A DNA stretch of 64,000 nt, taken from a virus. Shown here in pieces: positions 19,292 to 29,543 of this stretch; within the stretch, counting starts at the first letter, position 1, and every line of letters starts with the position of its first letter. The translations under genes and the position numbers were made by a program. The notes under the pieces were generated by a model. It had not been told where the DNA came from. It ran no database searches and saw only the letters and a program-made list of their open reading frames with translations. The stretch lies in IMG/VR virus record IMGVR_UViG_3300034630_000009, positions 1-64,000 of that record. One strand, given 5' to 3'.

Positions 19292-20725
19292 TTACTCCAT
19301 AGAAGATTGAGCGTTGGCACGGATGCGATCGGCACGTTTTTTCTTGGCTACCGCCATTGCCATCTCCGGGTTGCCGCCATCGCTGCGTTGGGCTTGGTTC
19401 AGCAGATCGAGCAGGTTATCAGAGCTATCCTTGCGCGTCACCTCCTTTAACCCAGGCGCGATCGTGTCCCACACCGCGTTGATGTAGTCTGCCGATTTAC
19501 CATCCAGATTGAGGTGCGGCATTTTTTTGGCGATCGCCAGCTTCCGCACGTCCGCCACAGGCAGCTTGTAATCGGGCTGAAAGTCGGGCGCATCTAGTCG
19601 CAGCAAGGGTAGCACCGCATTCCACGCATCGGCACGATTCGAGACCTCAGCCGCGATCGTGTCGGCATCCATGCGGTTCCCTTCAGCAGCATCCAACTTG
19701 GTTTGCAGTTCGACAACTTGCGATTGTAGCCCTGTGGCAGTGCCATCAGCCGCGTCCAGTTTCGCTTGCAGCCCAGTTGTTTTTTGGTTTAGTCCCTCTA
19801 CCGCTGCATCAGCAGAGTCGTAGCCGAGCGTTTTCCAAAGTTCCATAGCGTCCTCATCGGGGTTGTCGTCGCATTCACAGTCTTTTTCTCTGACCGCTTC
19901 AACCAGCCTAGAAAGCTCGTCGTGAAGGTGGGTGTTATCGTCTTTAAGCCAGCCGATCTGACCAATCAGATCCAGTACTTCACCAGCCAGCTTTTCATCT
20001 TCAAGGTTGAAAACTCTGCCACTGGGAAAGGCGATCATGTCGTCTGCGTTCGTATTGACTGATTGTTCCTGCGCGCTCGATCGCTTGCCCAAGTCGTAAA
20101 GCTGCCGTTGCTGAATATCTTTAAAAACTTCTCTCACCGTTTCGCTGTCAGCGTTATAGAGGTCGGTGGGTGCGTCGGTTTGATACCAATACTCAAACTC
20201 ATCAGCCCCATCCACATGGAAGCGGACATCGGAGCCAGCCCGACCACGCGGCACGATCGCCACATGATTCCCATCCCGCCTGATCTGCTCAAACTTCCCA
20301 TCGCCGCGTTGCCTGGTGGCTGTGTCGTACCCGCAACTGGCTTCGGTCGCTGTACCAGAAAGGAGCGCATCCACCGCCTGCTTGTCGGTAACGGTGCCCA
20401 CAAACCCCAGAAAATCGCCATCAATCACGGCATAATGCCCCAGCATCCCGCGCCCGTACTGCATCACGTTGTCCGATCGCACTTTCACGGGCGGATGGGG
20501 ATAGGTGATCGGCTTCATCTTGAAGCTGTCGATCGAGTCCTTGGCAAACAACACTTCAGGCGTGACCACTTCGATCCGTTCGGTGCCGTCCAGGTTGCGG
20601 TAGGACAAATCGCCTGTGCCACCGATACGCAAAAAACAACGCAAAAAGCCCTCCGAAGTCGGTTCTGGCTTCGGAGGGAGGAGAATGGCACCACGATCGC
20701 AGTGAAAGGTTGATTCAGCGGACAT
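19292..20725 (-). CDS. DUF2213 prohead protease/scaffold
   Basis: EGFL, KPITYPHP, SCGY, NHVAIVPRGRAGSDVR; coiled-coil C-terminus. Confidence 0.9.
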   Translation of the reverse strand: MSAESTFHCDRGAILLPPKPEPTSEGFLRCFLRIGGTGDLSYRNLDGTERIEVVTPEVLFAKDSIDSFKMKPITYPHPPVKVRSDNVMQYGRGMLGHYAVIDGDFLGFVGTVTDKQAVDALLSGTATEASCGYDTATRQRGDGKFEQIRRDGNHVAIVPRGRAGSDVRFHVDGADEFEYWYQTDAPTDLYNADSETVREVFKDIQQRQLYDLGKRSSAQEQSVNTNADDMIAFPSGRVFNLEDEKLAGEVLDLIGQIGWLKDDNTHLHDELSRLVEAVREKDCECDDNPDEDAMELWKTLGYDSADAAVEGLNQKTTGLQAKLDAADGTATGLQSQVVELQTKLDAAEGNRMDADTIAAEVSNRADAWNAVLPLLRLDAPDFQPDYKLPVADVRKLAIAKKMPHLNLDGKSADYINAVWDTIAPGLKEVTRKDSSDNLLDLLNQAQRSDGGNPEMAMAVAKKKRADRIRANAQSSME

Positions 20726-20842
20726 GAAGCGGTTGCATTAGTTCAGCGCGATCGTTCCCACTTACAAGACGTTTAGCCGGAATGCCCACATACGTATCAT
20801 CTGACTCTAGATCGCGAGTGACTACAGCCCCAGCGCCAATTG

Positions 20843-21085
20843 TCATTGCAACCCAGGCAGGTTGATCGGGTCTTGCGAAAACTTCAGCAGGCTCTCTAGG
20901 GATACGGGAGACAGTTCTTCTGAGGCTGGGTCATCTGTGCGGCTAAGCGCTACAACAGGCGCGTCACTGCCCTGTTCTTTGCCCACTAACACTAACGTCA
21001 CGCCACCCACGTCACCCACAGGCTTGATTTGGTCATCGGGCAGGAAGTCCACGTCAGGGAAGCGATCGCGGTTCTTAATTGGCAT
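20843..21085 (-). CDS. Hypothetical protein (candidate immunity protein)
   Basis: Acidic 80-aa ORF overlapping the upstream gene. Confidence 0.55.
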   Translation of the reverse strand: MPIKNRDRFPDVDFLPDDQIKPVGDVGGVTLVLVGKEQGSDAPVVALSRTDDPASEELSPVSLESLLKFSQDPINLPGLQ

Positions 21086-21371
21086 TGTCGTCTCCTGCTT
21101 TGTCTAGCCCCATAATTGTCTCTAGCTGCCCTGGTTGATCGTAAGGATAAGAGATCTTCAGCCGCTCAGCTTCAGCGATCGATGCCTCGCATTGAGCAAA
21201 GATTTTTTGGATCTGGGGTGGCAGGTTAGCCTCTGTGTCTGCCTTTACGCAGTCGTTGATGAGGCGATCGCGCACAGCATCTCCATTGTCCGGTTCCTTG
21301 CTAATTTGATAGCGGAACAACGGACTACCCATGATCAGCGCCAGCTTCCGGCTCAGTTCAGCTTGCATCAA
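21075..21371 (-). CDS. Hypothetical protein (candidate immunity protein)
   Basis: ATGA overlap with the portal-fusion stop codon. Confidence 0.6.
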   Translation of the reverse strand: MMQAELSRKLALIMGSPLFRYQISKEPDNGDAVRDRLINDCVKADTEANLPPQIQKIFAQCEASIAEAERLKISYPYDQPGQLETIMGLDKAGDDNAN

Positions 21372-24300
21372 AGCGCACCCGTTTTCTTTGCTTTGGTATA
21401 ATCCAACTCATCTTTCTGAATCACGACCTTACTGCGGTTGAGCAGGGTCATAAAGGTCTTCTTTTCGTAGCTTTGATTGAGCGCTACGGCATCATACCCT
21501 TTGATCATAGCAAAATAGCTAATGCCGTTTGTATCGCCCAAATTTAAGCCCATGACGTGTTTGACTGCATCGATTTTGTCACGGAGCGCTTTCAGCTTTT
21601 GCTGTGTTACCTGGCTCGTCTGACCAGGAGCATGGGTTAACCCTGCTGCCTTCAAAGCATCTTCAGTAGACTTGCGAGCGATCGCCGCCCTGTGTCCTTT
21701 GTCGAGTGCTTCCTTTCTGGTTTTGACCTTCTGCCAACTGCCATTTTCATCCTGGTAGTGCCAGTCTTTTTGAGAGTGCCCCATGATCGCACCGAACAAA
21801 TCCTGCTCCGACTTGATCTGAAAATCAAGCTTGCTGCCTTTAGCGGTACTTGCGGCAGAGTAGCTGTGAAGCTCTTCTGCGCCAAAGTTAGTCTGTATTT
21901 TCCCAGTTAATTTGGGTTTGGCTGTACCGAACTCAGCGTCGTTATCGAGCGACGCTTTGGCGTGAGCAGCGTTGTACTTCTGCAAGTCTGCTGCATTCAA
22001 GTTTTGCCCTGCGGATTGTATTCGCTTTTCTTCTGCCTTTTGCAAGACTTGTAATTTTTTCAGCGCGGCTTTGCGCTGGCTTTGGATGGCTGACTGTGTG
22101 GCAACCTTGGCATCCTTGGTCAGAGCCATCTGCATGGTGACGCTGCTGGAGTTGATGTAGTTATGTTTGGCAACGTCATCAAACGCCCGTTTAGCATCTG
22201 CGGTCGCCGTTTTAGAATCGTGCCCCACAAACTTGCCGTTGACGATCGTGCCAGCGTGACCAACATACGTGCCATTCCCGTAGATGCCATTACCTGTAAA
22301 GTAATCGCCCGTTTGGAACTGTTTTAAGAATTGAGTGCGATCGGTGGTGCCTTGATTCACCCCGCGCACCATCAACGTCCCGCCGTCCTGCCATGTCTTA
22401 GTCACGTCAGCACTCGATCCGACCGTTGGCTTACCGTCATATCCGGCAATTTGGTACATCGCCTTGAGATACTTATCCCGCTCACCCGATGCCATTTTGA
22501 CTGTGGCGGCGTGAGTCGCAATAGTATCAACGTGTGTAAAAATGCCCTGCAAGTCGCCTTTGTCGAGAGCGTCATTCAGGTTGTGGAGAGCGTGATCGGT
22601 CGGTGGCGTGATGATGTGATCGACTTCCTGACTGGAAAGCTTTTTGCCACTGACATACAGATCAACATTGTTTGCTTTGGCAAATTTTGCTACGTCTGCT
22701 GATGGTCGATCACTCACACCTGACGGCTCAAAGTGAATCGCAGCAATATCGGACGGTTTCACCCCACCATGCACCTGAGCCTCCATGTAAGCGTTGCCCG
22801 TAGGTGACAGCTTCGGTGCCAGATCGTCAATACTCTTTGCTTTGGCAGCATTTTGGAGGGCGGACTGGTCGTTCTGATCACCCTTCATGTAAGAGGGGTA
22901 GTGCGCGGGTAGCTGGTCGCGATCGTAGCCATGTCGTGTCAGGCTAACCAACGAAGCTGCGTTGGGGTTGTTTACTTCGCTAGCGATGCCTGACTTAAAC
23001 GAATCGGCTCCAGTAAAGCTGGCACGGTCTTTGACATCGGACTTTAGCTTGACCGCGATCGAGCCATACGCTCGCGAGACATCGGCGTGAGACTGTCCAT
23101 TCAGGTCGCTGCTTCCCAGATAGCCATAGATCGGGCGATCACCGGGCTGGGTCGTTTTCGCGTCGTAACCCAGTGTTCTCGCCTCCACTCGGTTCCGTGC
23201 ATCTTGATAGTTCTTGTCTGCCAGGTTAGGGATACTATGTCCCGTGACGTTTAGCTCTGCCGATGTCTTGAAACCGCTGCCCAACACTTTTTCAAGCGTA
23301 TCGGTCGATCCCACTCTCACAAACACATCGGCATCGCTTAGCACTTTCTTTGTGTTTGCTTCAGCATCCTGCACCAGCTTCTTGCCGAAACGTTTCTCCA
23401 GATCGGCGCGCTTACTGGTCAATTCGGTTTGATTGAGCTTGACTGGGTTGGCAGGCTGCGCTGGAGTTGTGCTGGAGATCGGAGTGTTGTTGGACTGAGC
23501 TTTTGAGGTCGATCGCTTGCCAGTCTGTTTTGCTGCCTTCGACTTTGCGGCGGTTTGGGCTGGAGCTGCACCACCGCCCCCGGATGGCAACGGCGTTTTG
23601 CCGCCGTGCTGCGAGTGAGCCGCCGCGTAAGCAGCGTGATCCGGGTGGTTAGACTGCGCGGCTGGATGCGTATGCTTGCCAGTCGTCGCCGCCATTGTGC
23701 CCTGATAAGCCGCGTGCCCTGGATGGTTGGGGTTAGCTGATGGATGCCCACCCGAAACACCTTTGGTGCACTTAGCTCCCGCCTTGATCCAACTCCGACC
23801 GCACGGCGTACCAGCATCTTCACGCCACTCATCGCATTCAAAGCTGTCCGATCGCGCTTCTGGAGACCAAACTGGCTCTGGTGCGTCCAGCCCATTTGCC
23901 CGTTCAAACGGTGAAGCGCCGTCATCTGGTTCTAAGCCCTGCGATCGCAACTCTGCTAGTGACTTGGCTCTGAAGTCAGTCGCCCACTTGGTATCAATTA
24001 GCCCTAGCTGAAGCCAGCGCTCAGATGCCGGGGAGGCAAAACAACGACATGCAACGTGGGCTGGTAGCACAATGTCTTCCAACCGATAAATCTTCTGGTT
24101 ACGGGCGGCGCAAAAAGGACAAAGGCGTGAGTCCAAAGTTGATTGCCAGGTGCCCAGTGACAACCCATTCGCCTGATAGCTAGCGATCGCACTCGCATTG
24201 CTGGCAGCAAGACTCTCAGTACGAGCAATGGCTGTAGCACGAGCTTTTACCACGCCTAACTGCTGGTGCAACAACGACGCTATTTTGTCCGTTCCAAAAC

Positions 24301-27022
24301 CCTGTATCAGCCCTTGCGTGACAATGGTTGATGCTTTGTCTGCAAACGCTTCAGTGTGGTTGCGTAGCCGCGTCATGCCCTCTGTTGCTTGATTCACGAT
24401 CGCGGCTATAGGCACATTCGCCGTTGCCTGTAACTGCTGATTGGCGATCGCTCTGCTCAAGTCATCCGCCAGCGTCACCCCTTGAGCAGCCGCACCCCGC
24501 AACAGGTCTTCAAAGGCTTGCTGGATGTCTTCAGCGCTACGTGTGTTGAGGAGTTGCAGCAGGTCAGACACCTGCAAGAGCAAGACCGCTGCTCGTTCAC
24601 GACCCATGAGAGAGCCGGGTGTCTCCTGGCTGTAACTCCGCAGTATTTGCGCTTCTAACGCCTGGTAGCTGGATTCTAAAGCGCTGTTGACACGCTCGAT
24701 CGCGCTATCCTCTAGTCCCTGGAGCAATTTGTCAGCGCGATCGATAATGCCGACGACTGGGTTTACCGCATCAATACGGCTCGTTCCACCAGTCGTTGTG
24801 GACTTTGGGAGTGTGCGATCGCTGCCTCCATCATCAGAATCAGCCCTGCCGTGACGCTCTTTGATGTCAGCAATTAATTTTCCGTAACGAGGCACCTTAT
24901 ACAAAGGATCGTCGTGAATGGCTTTGCCTGCTTCTGCTGCAAAAGCATTCTTCTGGCTATCGCTCAAGCGATCGTAGATTTGAGCCGAATATTCTAGTAC
25001 CGCTCGATTGTTTTCACCGCCAGCCACCCCTCTCATGCCCTGCCGCAGATTCGCTCCAGCATCCCGTACCTGGTCTGCATCCAACGACTGCTTGCCCCTG
25101 AGTCTACGTTGATCCTGCGTTCTGTCAAGCGCTGCTTCTGTACTGCCATTTGGATCGATTGGATGCAGCAATGCGTTCTTGTAGGCTTTATCACCCGCGT
25201 CGGATAGATCGAGTTTCGCAAGTTCAGCCAAGCGGCTTTTTACTTCAAAACTGCTGTGTCCATTTGCTTCTAGCGTTTCTTTATCACTTTTTGTTTTGGC
25301 AGGTTTAGCTTTAAGGGCAGCAAGTCTCTCTCGCGTGCTAGTCCTTGAACCGCTTTTGTTCTTTGCTGAGCGAGCCTTTGCAGAGTTAGTTTTTACCTTT
25401 GGCAGTTCTTGAGGCGCGATTTCACCCTTGCCACCATGCACTGCAAATCCAGCTTTGTACGCCGCATGATCAGGATGGTCTGATGGTTTAGTGCCTTTCC
25501 ACCCTTTACCACAAGCTGCATCCAGGCGTACTTTATCTAGTCGATCGTCATCGTCATCCTCGTCGTCTTCAAAAACATCACTCAGAGCAGAAACGGTGTC
25601 TTCTGTCTCATTCTCTCCCTCACCTTCTGCCTCTGCCTCCTCGCCCTCCGCCTCTGCTTGCTCTTCTGCCTCCGCTTGCTGCTTCGCCCATAGATCTGGC
25701 TGTAACTGACGCTCGATCGTGTACTCACTGCCAGACCAGGCGCTTTCTCGCACCTCTTCTGGTAGTAGCACCCCTGCTTGGATTGAGGGCACATCTACGC
25801 CTTGCGTCTGGTCTTTGCGGAGCTCTGTTTGCTCTTTCAGGTTGAGGCGAAGTGCCGATCGATAGCTCACACCCCAACTATCAGGCAACCGTCCACCTGT
25901 TGGTCCGTTTTGCGCTAGGAAAGTGAGCCGCAAGAAATCCTCGATCGGCTCTTCAAAAATCTCGGCACGGTAATCACTGACGCAATCCGCCCAGCCGTAC
26001 TTGTCACCTGTTGCTGAGTTGCTCAATGCCGTCTTCTGCGAACTGCCCCAAAGCTGCGAAGGCGGCATTGCAGCAGCAGCAGAAGTATCATCCTTGAGTC
26101 GATCGATCAGCGCATCCAGTCCGCCAAAGTTGCGGCTGATAAAGGTGCCATCTTCCCGATCGGCATCCATTGCCAGCCCACCCAGGCTAGACATCGACAT
26201 CAAAATGGCTTGAAACCGATGGAAGATCTTTTCCTGGTCGCCTGACTGAATCAGTTGCGCCAACCCTTGCAACTTGTAGACAAACTGGTTGTAATCCTGC
26301 ACCATGCGCGTCGAATACTCGATCGCAATCAGGTAGCGCACAAAGCTCTGGAAAAACGTTTGCAGCACTGAATCATGGAAGCCCGATGAACCAATCAGCA
26401 TGTCGCCCCAGAGCCTTTTGCCAGGGAAGCGGAGGACACGCGATCGATGAATCTTGCCGTTTACCTGTTGTCCAGGTAATGCTTCTGTTGCGGGCACGTA
26501 AAGGCTATAAAGTTCAGGGTGCCCTGGTCGTCCTGTTTGCGTTTCAGGATAGATACGCCAGCGATCGACTGGATACAACCAGGAGATTTTACGGATGCGT
26601 CCTTCGTTGACAGGTTCCCAAGGTTCACCACCGTCATCGATGCCAATAATCACAAAGCCGTCACCGTCCAGCCGTCCAGCGATCGCGGCTTCACGCACCA
26701 TGCTTCGCAGCTTCAAATCTTCGCTGTACTGCACCGCTTTGGCAGGGATACCTTTGCGTCCCTTACCGATCGTCACCTCTAGCCAGTTGTTAGCAGTAGC
26801 AGCTTTGGGCAGCAGATCCACCACTTTCTCGCAGATTTTGCTCTTACGGTAGAGCGCTTGCAGTTCGACTCGCGAGAGCGGTGAGAAGTTGAGATTGATG
26901 TTGTGCTCTAAATACTTGTCGCGTCCCTGTTGCCCTAATCCTGTCGCACGGTTGCCTAGCATCGCCAGGGCATTGAGGGCAACACCATCATTGCGTATTT
27001 CAGTAATCGCCGAATCGGTCAT
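21368..27022 (-). CDS. Portal (DUF1073-like) + MuF/SPP1 gp7 minor head domain + DUF3626-like + ART-like fusion
   Basis: IHRSRVLRF portal motif; IARTES..DSRLCPFC..PAHVACRC (MuF); RPIYGYL..TGADS..YMEAQVHGGV; VRGV..GIYGNGTY..GYDAV. Confidence 0.85.
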   Translation of the reverse strand: MTDSAITEIRNDGVALNALAMLGNRATGLGQQGRDKYLEHNINLNFSPLSRVELQALYRKSKICEKVVDLLPKAATANNWLEVTIGKGRKGIPAKAVQYSEDLKLRSMVREAAIAGRLDGDGFVIIGIDDGGEPWEPVNEGRIRKISWLYPVDRWRIYPETQTGRPGHPELYSLYVPATEALPGQQVNGKIHRSRVLRFPGKRLWGDMLIGSSGFHDSVLQTFFQSFVRYLIAIEYSTRMVQDYNQFVYKLQGLAQLIQSGDQEKIFHRFQAILMSMSSLGGLAMDADREDGTFISRNFGGLDALIDRLKDDTSAAAAMPPSQLWGSSQKTALSNSATGDKYGWADCVSDYRAEIFEEPIEDFLRLTFLAQNGPTGGRLPDSWGVSYRSALRLNLKEQTELRKDQTQGVDVPSIQAGVLLPEEVRESAWSGSEYTIERQLQPDLWAKQQAEAEEQAEAEGEEAEAEGEGENETEDTVSALSDVFEDDEDDDDDRLDKVRLDAACGKGWKGTKPSDHPDHAAYKAGFAVHGGKGEIAPQELPKVKTNSAKARSAKNKSGSRTSTRERLAALKAKPAKTKSDKETLEANGHSSFEVKSRLAELAKLDLSDAGDKAYKNALLHPIDPNGSTEAALDRTQDQRRLRGKQSLDADQVRDAGANLRQGMRGVAGGENNRAVLEYSAQIYDRLSDSQKNAFAAEAGKAIHDDPLYKVPRYGKLIADIKERHGRADSDDGGSDRTLPKSTTTGGTSRIDAVNPVVGIIDRADKLLQGLEDSAIERVNSALESSYQALEAQILRSYSQETPGSLMGRERAAVLLLQVSDLLQLLNTRSAEDIQQAFEDLLRGAAAQGVTLADDLSRAIANQQLQATANVPIAAIVNQATEGMTRLRNHTEAFADKASTIVTQGLIQGFGTDKIASLLHQQLGVVKARATAIARTESLAASNASAIASYQANGLSLGTWQSTLDSRLCPFCAARNQKIYRLEDIVLPAHVACRCFASPASERWLQLGLIDTKWATDFRAKSLAELRSQGLEPDDGASPFERANGLDAPEPVWSPEARSDSFECDEWREDAGTPCGRSWIKAGAKCTKGVSGGHPSANPNHPGHAAYQGTMAATTGKHTHPAAQSNHPDHAAYAAAHSQHGGKTPLPSGGGGAAPAQTAAKSKAAKQTGKRSTSKAQSNNTPISSTTPAQPANPVKLNQTELTSKRADLEKRFGKKLVQDAEANTKKVLSDADVFVRVGSTDTLEKVLGSGFKTSAELNVTGHSIPNLADKNYQDARNRVEARTLGYDAKTTQPGDRPIYGYLGSSDLNGQSHADVSRAYGSIAVKLKSDVKDRASFTGADSFKSGIASEVNNPNAASLVSLTRHGYDRDQLPAHYPSYMKGDQNDQSALQNAAKAKSIDDLAPKLSPTGNAYMEAQVHGGVKPSDIAAIHFEPSGVSDRPSADVAKFAKANNVDLYVSGKKLSSQEVDHIITPPTDHALHNLNDALDKGDLQGIFTHVDTIATHAATVKMASGERDKYLKAMYQIAGYDGKPTVGSSADVTKTWQDGGTLMVRGVNQGTTDRTQFLKQFQTGDYFTGNGIYGNGTYVGHAGTIVNGKFVGHDSKTATADAKRAFDDVAKHNYINSSSVTMQMALTKDAKVATQSAIQSQRKAALKKLQVLQKAEEKRIQSAGQNLNAADLQKYNAAHAKASLDNDAEFGTAKPKLTGKIQTNFGAEELHSYSAASTAKGSKLDFQIKSEQDLFGAIMGHSQKDWHYQDENGSWQKVKTRKEALDKGHRAAIARKSTEDALKAAGLTHAPGQTSQVTQQKLKALRDKIDAVKHVMGLNLGDTNGISYFAMIKGYDAVALNQSYEKKTFMTLLNRSKVVIQKDELDYTKAKKTGAL

Positions 27023-27060
27023 CTACAGTAAGAAACGCTTTGAGGCGAGAGTTCCTACTG

Positions 27061-27474
27061 TTATGGACCCGCAAAGATTGACATCACCGCACTGCCAGGA
27101 TTCAGCACTGCACTAAACCCGTCTGGTACGGTCAGCCCCAGCGATCGATCCAAACGTTGCTGCTGCTCCATATAGCCCTGCACGAGGGCAGGCAAATTGA
27201 ACAGCGTCTGCGCCGTACCCTTTGGTTCGCTCACAGTTAAACTTTGGAAGGTGGCACCATCGGCACTCACGATCGACTGATCCGATCGGTTTGTTCTGAT
27301 CAACGTACTACCGACAAAATATGGTCGATAGGTTTTGGTACCAGTGGAGTCTGTGCCAGCGCTGTCTGACAGCATGAGATTGACACGATAGTCGCTGATG
27401 GTAGCACTATCGATGCTGGTCAGTTCTCGTACCAGTGCCAGCATTGCCGTTGCGTCGGTGTATGCATTTGCCAT
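27061..27474 (-). CDS. Putative head-tail adaptor
   Basis: ALVRELT..D....SD..V..ML..S..YRPYFV helical adaptor-like pattern. Confidence 0.45.
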   Translation of the reverse strand: MANAYTDATAMLALVRELTSIDSATISDYRVNLMLSDSAGTDSTGTKTYRPYFVGSTLIRTNRSDQSIVSADGATFQSLTVSEPKGTAQTLFNLPALVQGYMEQQQRLDRSLGLTVPDGFSAVLNPGSAVMSIFAGP

Positions 27475-28782
27475 TTACCATTCTCCTACCCAGTTGCCGC
27501 TAAGCTGACTCTTAATCAAGGGAGACAGCGCATAACGTGCGCTGTCGATCGCGTGATTGTGTTTATCGACAATGGCTGGCAGAATGTCGCCCGCAGCATT
27601 TGTCTTGTACCGATACAACCTGCATTCTTCAGCAAAATGCGTGCAGCGCTGATGTACTACTATCTTGTCAAAATTCCTGAGAAAAGCAATCCCGTCCTCT
27701 ACCGAGCCTGCCCACTTATCGGCGGCAACCAAGTAGGGTATACCAGGACGATCGCGCTTTTGCTGCGAGACATGGCTAATCGATTCTGGTCGTGAGTTAT
27801 CGGCACGGACTGTGTGTTTTTCAATCTCTGGGAGGTCACGCATCCAGCGATCGGCAGTCTGGTCTAACTCTAGCTGTAACGCCCAGGATTCGTACTCTAC
27901 CCACAAACATTGATCATAAATCCAGAGCTTCACGGCTGCGGTCGGGTCAGCGGCAAAGCCCCAGTCGGCTCCAAAGTAGGGACCATCCCAGTCGCTACCT
28001 GGTACAAATTCATCCAGCCGCCACTTGTCGCCAAAGATTTGGAGCTGCGATTTGATGTTGTAGCCACCCTGCCAGACGTGTTGGTAATAATCAGTGTCGC
28101 GCTGACGGTCAAGTGCCATCTCTGCCAGTGATTCAGCAGGTAGCAGCGGATTCTGGTCGTAGTTCACTGAGACAACGATCGCGCCTTCTGGTACACCTGT
28201 TTCGCCACGAAAGAAATGATCAACAGCATCAGTGGGTTGATCGGGGTTCCAGGTAAACCAGATCTCCGAACCAGGGGTGCGAATGGTAGGGCGGAGGAGA
28301 GTGAGCGATCGGGCGCTCAAGTTCTGCGCTTCTTCGACCCAGGCAAGACCGAATCCTTCCAATGATTTGATGGAATCGGCTGTGTGGTCTTGCATCCCTT
28401 GAAAAATGCAAATGCCGTTGCCGCCCTTGCGCCTGATTTCAGTAGTAAGAATGGTAAACAGGTGCCTCACTCCCATCTCTTGAATTTTCTTCTCCAGTAG
28501 CGCTTTAGCGGAGAATTTGAGCGATTTTTGAATCTCACGAATACAGACCACTCGCAGATCTGGTTCTGCCACCATGCGCTGTACCGCTTTTTCAGCAAAG
28601 TGATGGGACTTACCCGCACTACGCCCCCCGTAAGCTGCCTTGTAGCGTGATGACTCCTTGAAAGGCAACGCCCAGTCTGGAATCTGAAGTTGTAGGTGAA
28701 TAGGCTGCGATCGCGGCTTCACAGGCGGCAACCACTTATTCAGTCGCTTCTCTCTCCGCTCTAGCCGCTCTAAGCCTTTCAT
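27475..28782 (-). CDS. terL: Terminase large subunit (PBSX family)
   Basis: GGRSAGKS Walker A, WVEEA Walker B, TWNP, GADWG, NHAIDSARY. Confidence 0.97.
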   Translation of the reverse strand: MKGLERLERREKRLNKWLPPVKPRSQPIHLQLQIPDWALPFKESSRYKAAYGGRSAGKSHHFAEKAVQRMVAEPDLRVVCIREIQKSLKFSAKALLEKKIQEMGVRHLFTILTTEIRRKGGNGICIFQGMQDHTADSIKSLEGFGLAWVEEAQNLSARSLTLLRPTIRTPGSEIWFTWNPDQPTDAVDHFFRGETGVPEGAIVVSVNYDQNPLLPAESLAEMALDRQRDTDYYQHVWQGGYNIKSQLQIFGDKWRLDEFVPGSDWDGPYFGADWGFAADPTAAVKLWIYDQCLWVEYESWALQLELDQTADRWMRDLPEIEKHTVRADNSRPESISHVSQQKRDRPGIPYLVAADKWAGSVEDGIAFLRNFDKIVVHQRCTHFAEECRLYRYKTNAAGDILPAIVDKHNHAIDSARYALSPLIKSQLSGNWVGEW

Positions 28783-29125
28783 CTACCATTTTTTGTGTGA
28801 GTGCTATGTCTGCCAACGTTTCAGCGGCTCCGGTTATGGCAGCGATTGCCTCTGGTTTAGCGGGATCTGCCTGCTGCCCTGCCTGCTTCAAGAAATTGAT
28901 GCAACTAGCTAAAGCAGCAGGTAAATCTTCAGCCCACTGTTCATCCTTAGCTTGCCTCAAATCCCGGAAAAATTCCCTAAACTTGCTGTCAGTTTCGAGC
29001 CTAACACGCCACCCTTCGATAGACTTGACGGTCACTTCGTATTTTTCCGCAGCCGCACGATCGCCCATCAAAATCGCATCGACCAAGGCTTTCGCTGCAC
29101 GCTCTTTGTTGAATTCTCTAGACAT
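28736..29125 (-). CDS. terS: Terminase small subunit
   Basis: N-terminal HTH; overlaps the terL start. Confidence 0.7.
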   Translation of the reverse strand: MSREFNKERAAKALVDAILMGDRAAAEKYEVTVKSIEGWRVRLETDSKFREFFRDLRQAKDEQWAEDLPAALASCINFLKQAGQQADPAKPEAIAAITGAAETLADIALTQKMVDERLRAARAEREATE

Positions 29126-29169
29126 AAATCAATCATTCCCCGCTCTCTGAGGGATTGCCCCAGATAACT

Positions 29170-29197
29170 AAAAGAAAACCCTGCCACAGCAGGGTTC
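29170..29197 (-). terminator. Rho-independent terminator
   Basis: AACCCTGC/GCAGGGTT stem followed by a T tract on the minus strand. Confidence 0.7.
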
Positions 29198-29230
29198 GTG
29201 CAGACTTCCAGAGAGTCGTAACAAGCAAAA

Positions 29231-29461
29231 CTAGAGATTGAGTGTTGACTCAGTTGTCACAGGTGTTTCTACTGGTGGCGCTGGCGTTAGTTCCGGTGCT
29301 GGCAGAATGCCCGTGAGCTTCACAATGAGCGCGTTCACCCTGTCCGTTTCAGGAGTCAGGTCAACCGTAGTCACCTGCCCAATTTTGGCATTCAGGTCAG
29401 CGATCGCCGTTTGCAATTCAGGCACCAGCACCACCACTTGATCAATTAGAGTTGTCATCAT
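29231..29461 (-). CDS. Hypothetical coiled-coil protein
   Basis: GGAGAG upstream of ATG 29461. Confidence 0.55.
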   Translation of the reverse strand: MMTTLIDQVVVLVPELQTAIADLNAKIGQVTTVDLTPETDRVNALIVKLTGILPAPELTPAPPVETPVTTESTLNL

Positions 29462-29543
29462 TTGCTCTCCAATAATCTGAGAATTTTGGGAAGGCTCTGA
29501 GGGAGGAGCGCGATCGCCTCCAAGCGATCGCTGCTGTGCATGA

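Noticed and set aside
25670-27022. Anti-CBASS Acb1 function
   Set aside because: This segment is the DUF1073-like portal; no pair of 2H phosphodiesterase HxT motifs was recognised
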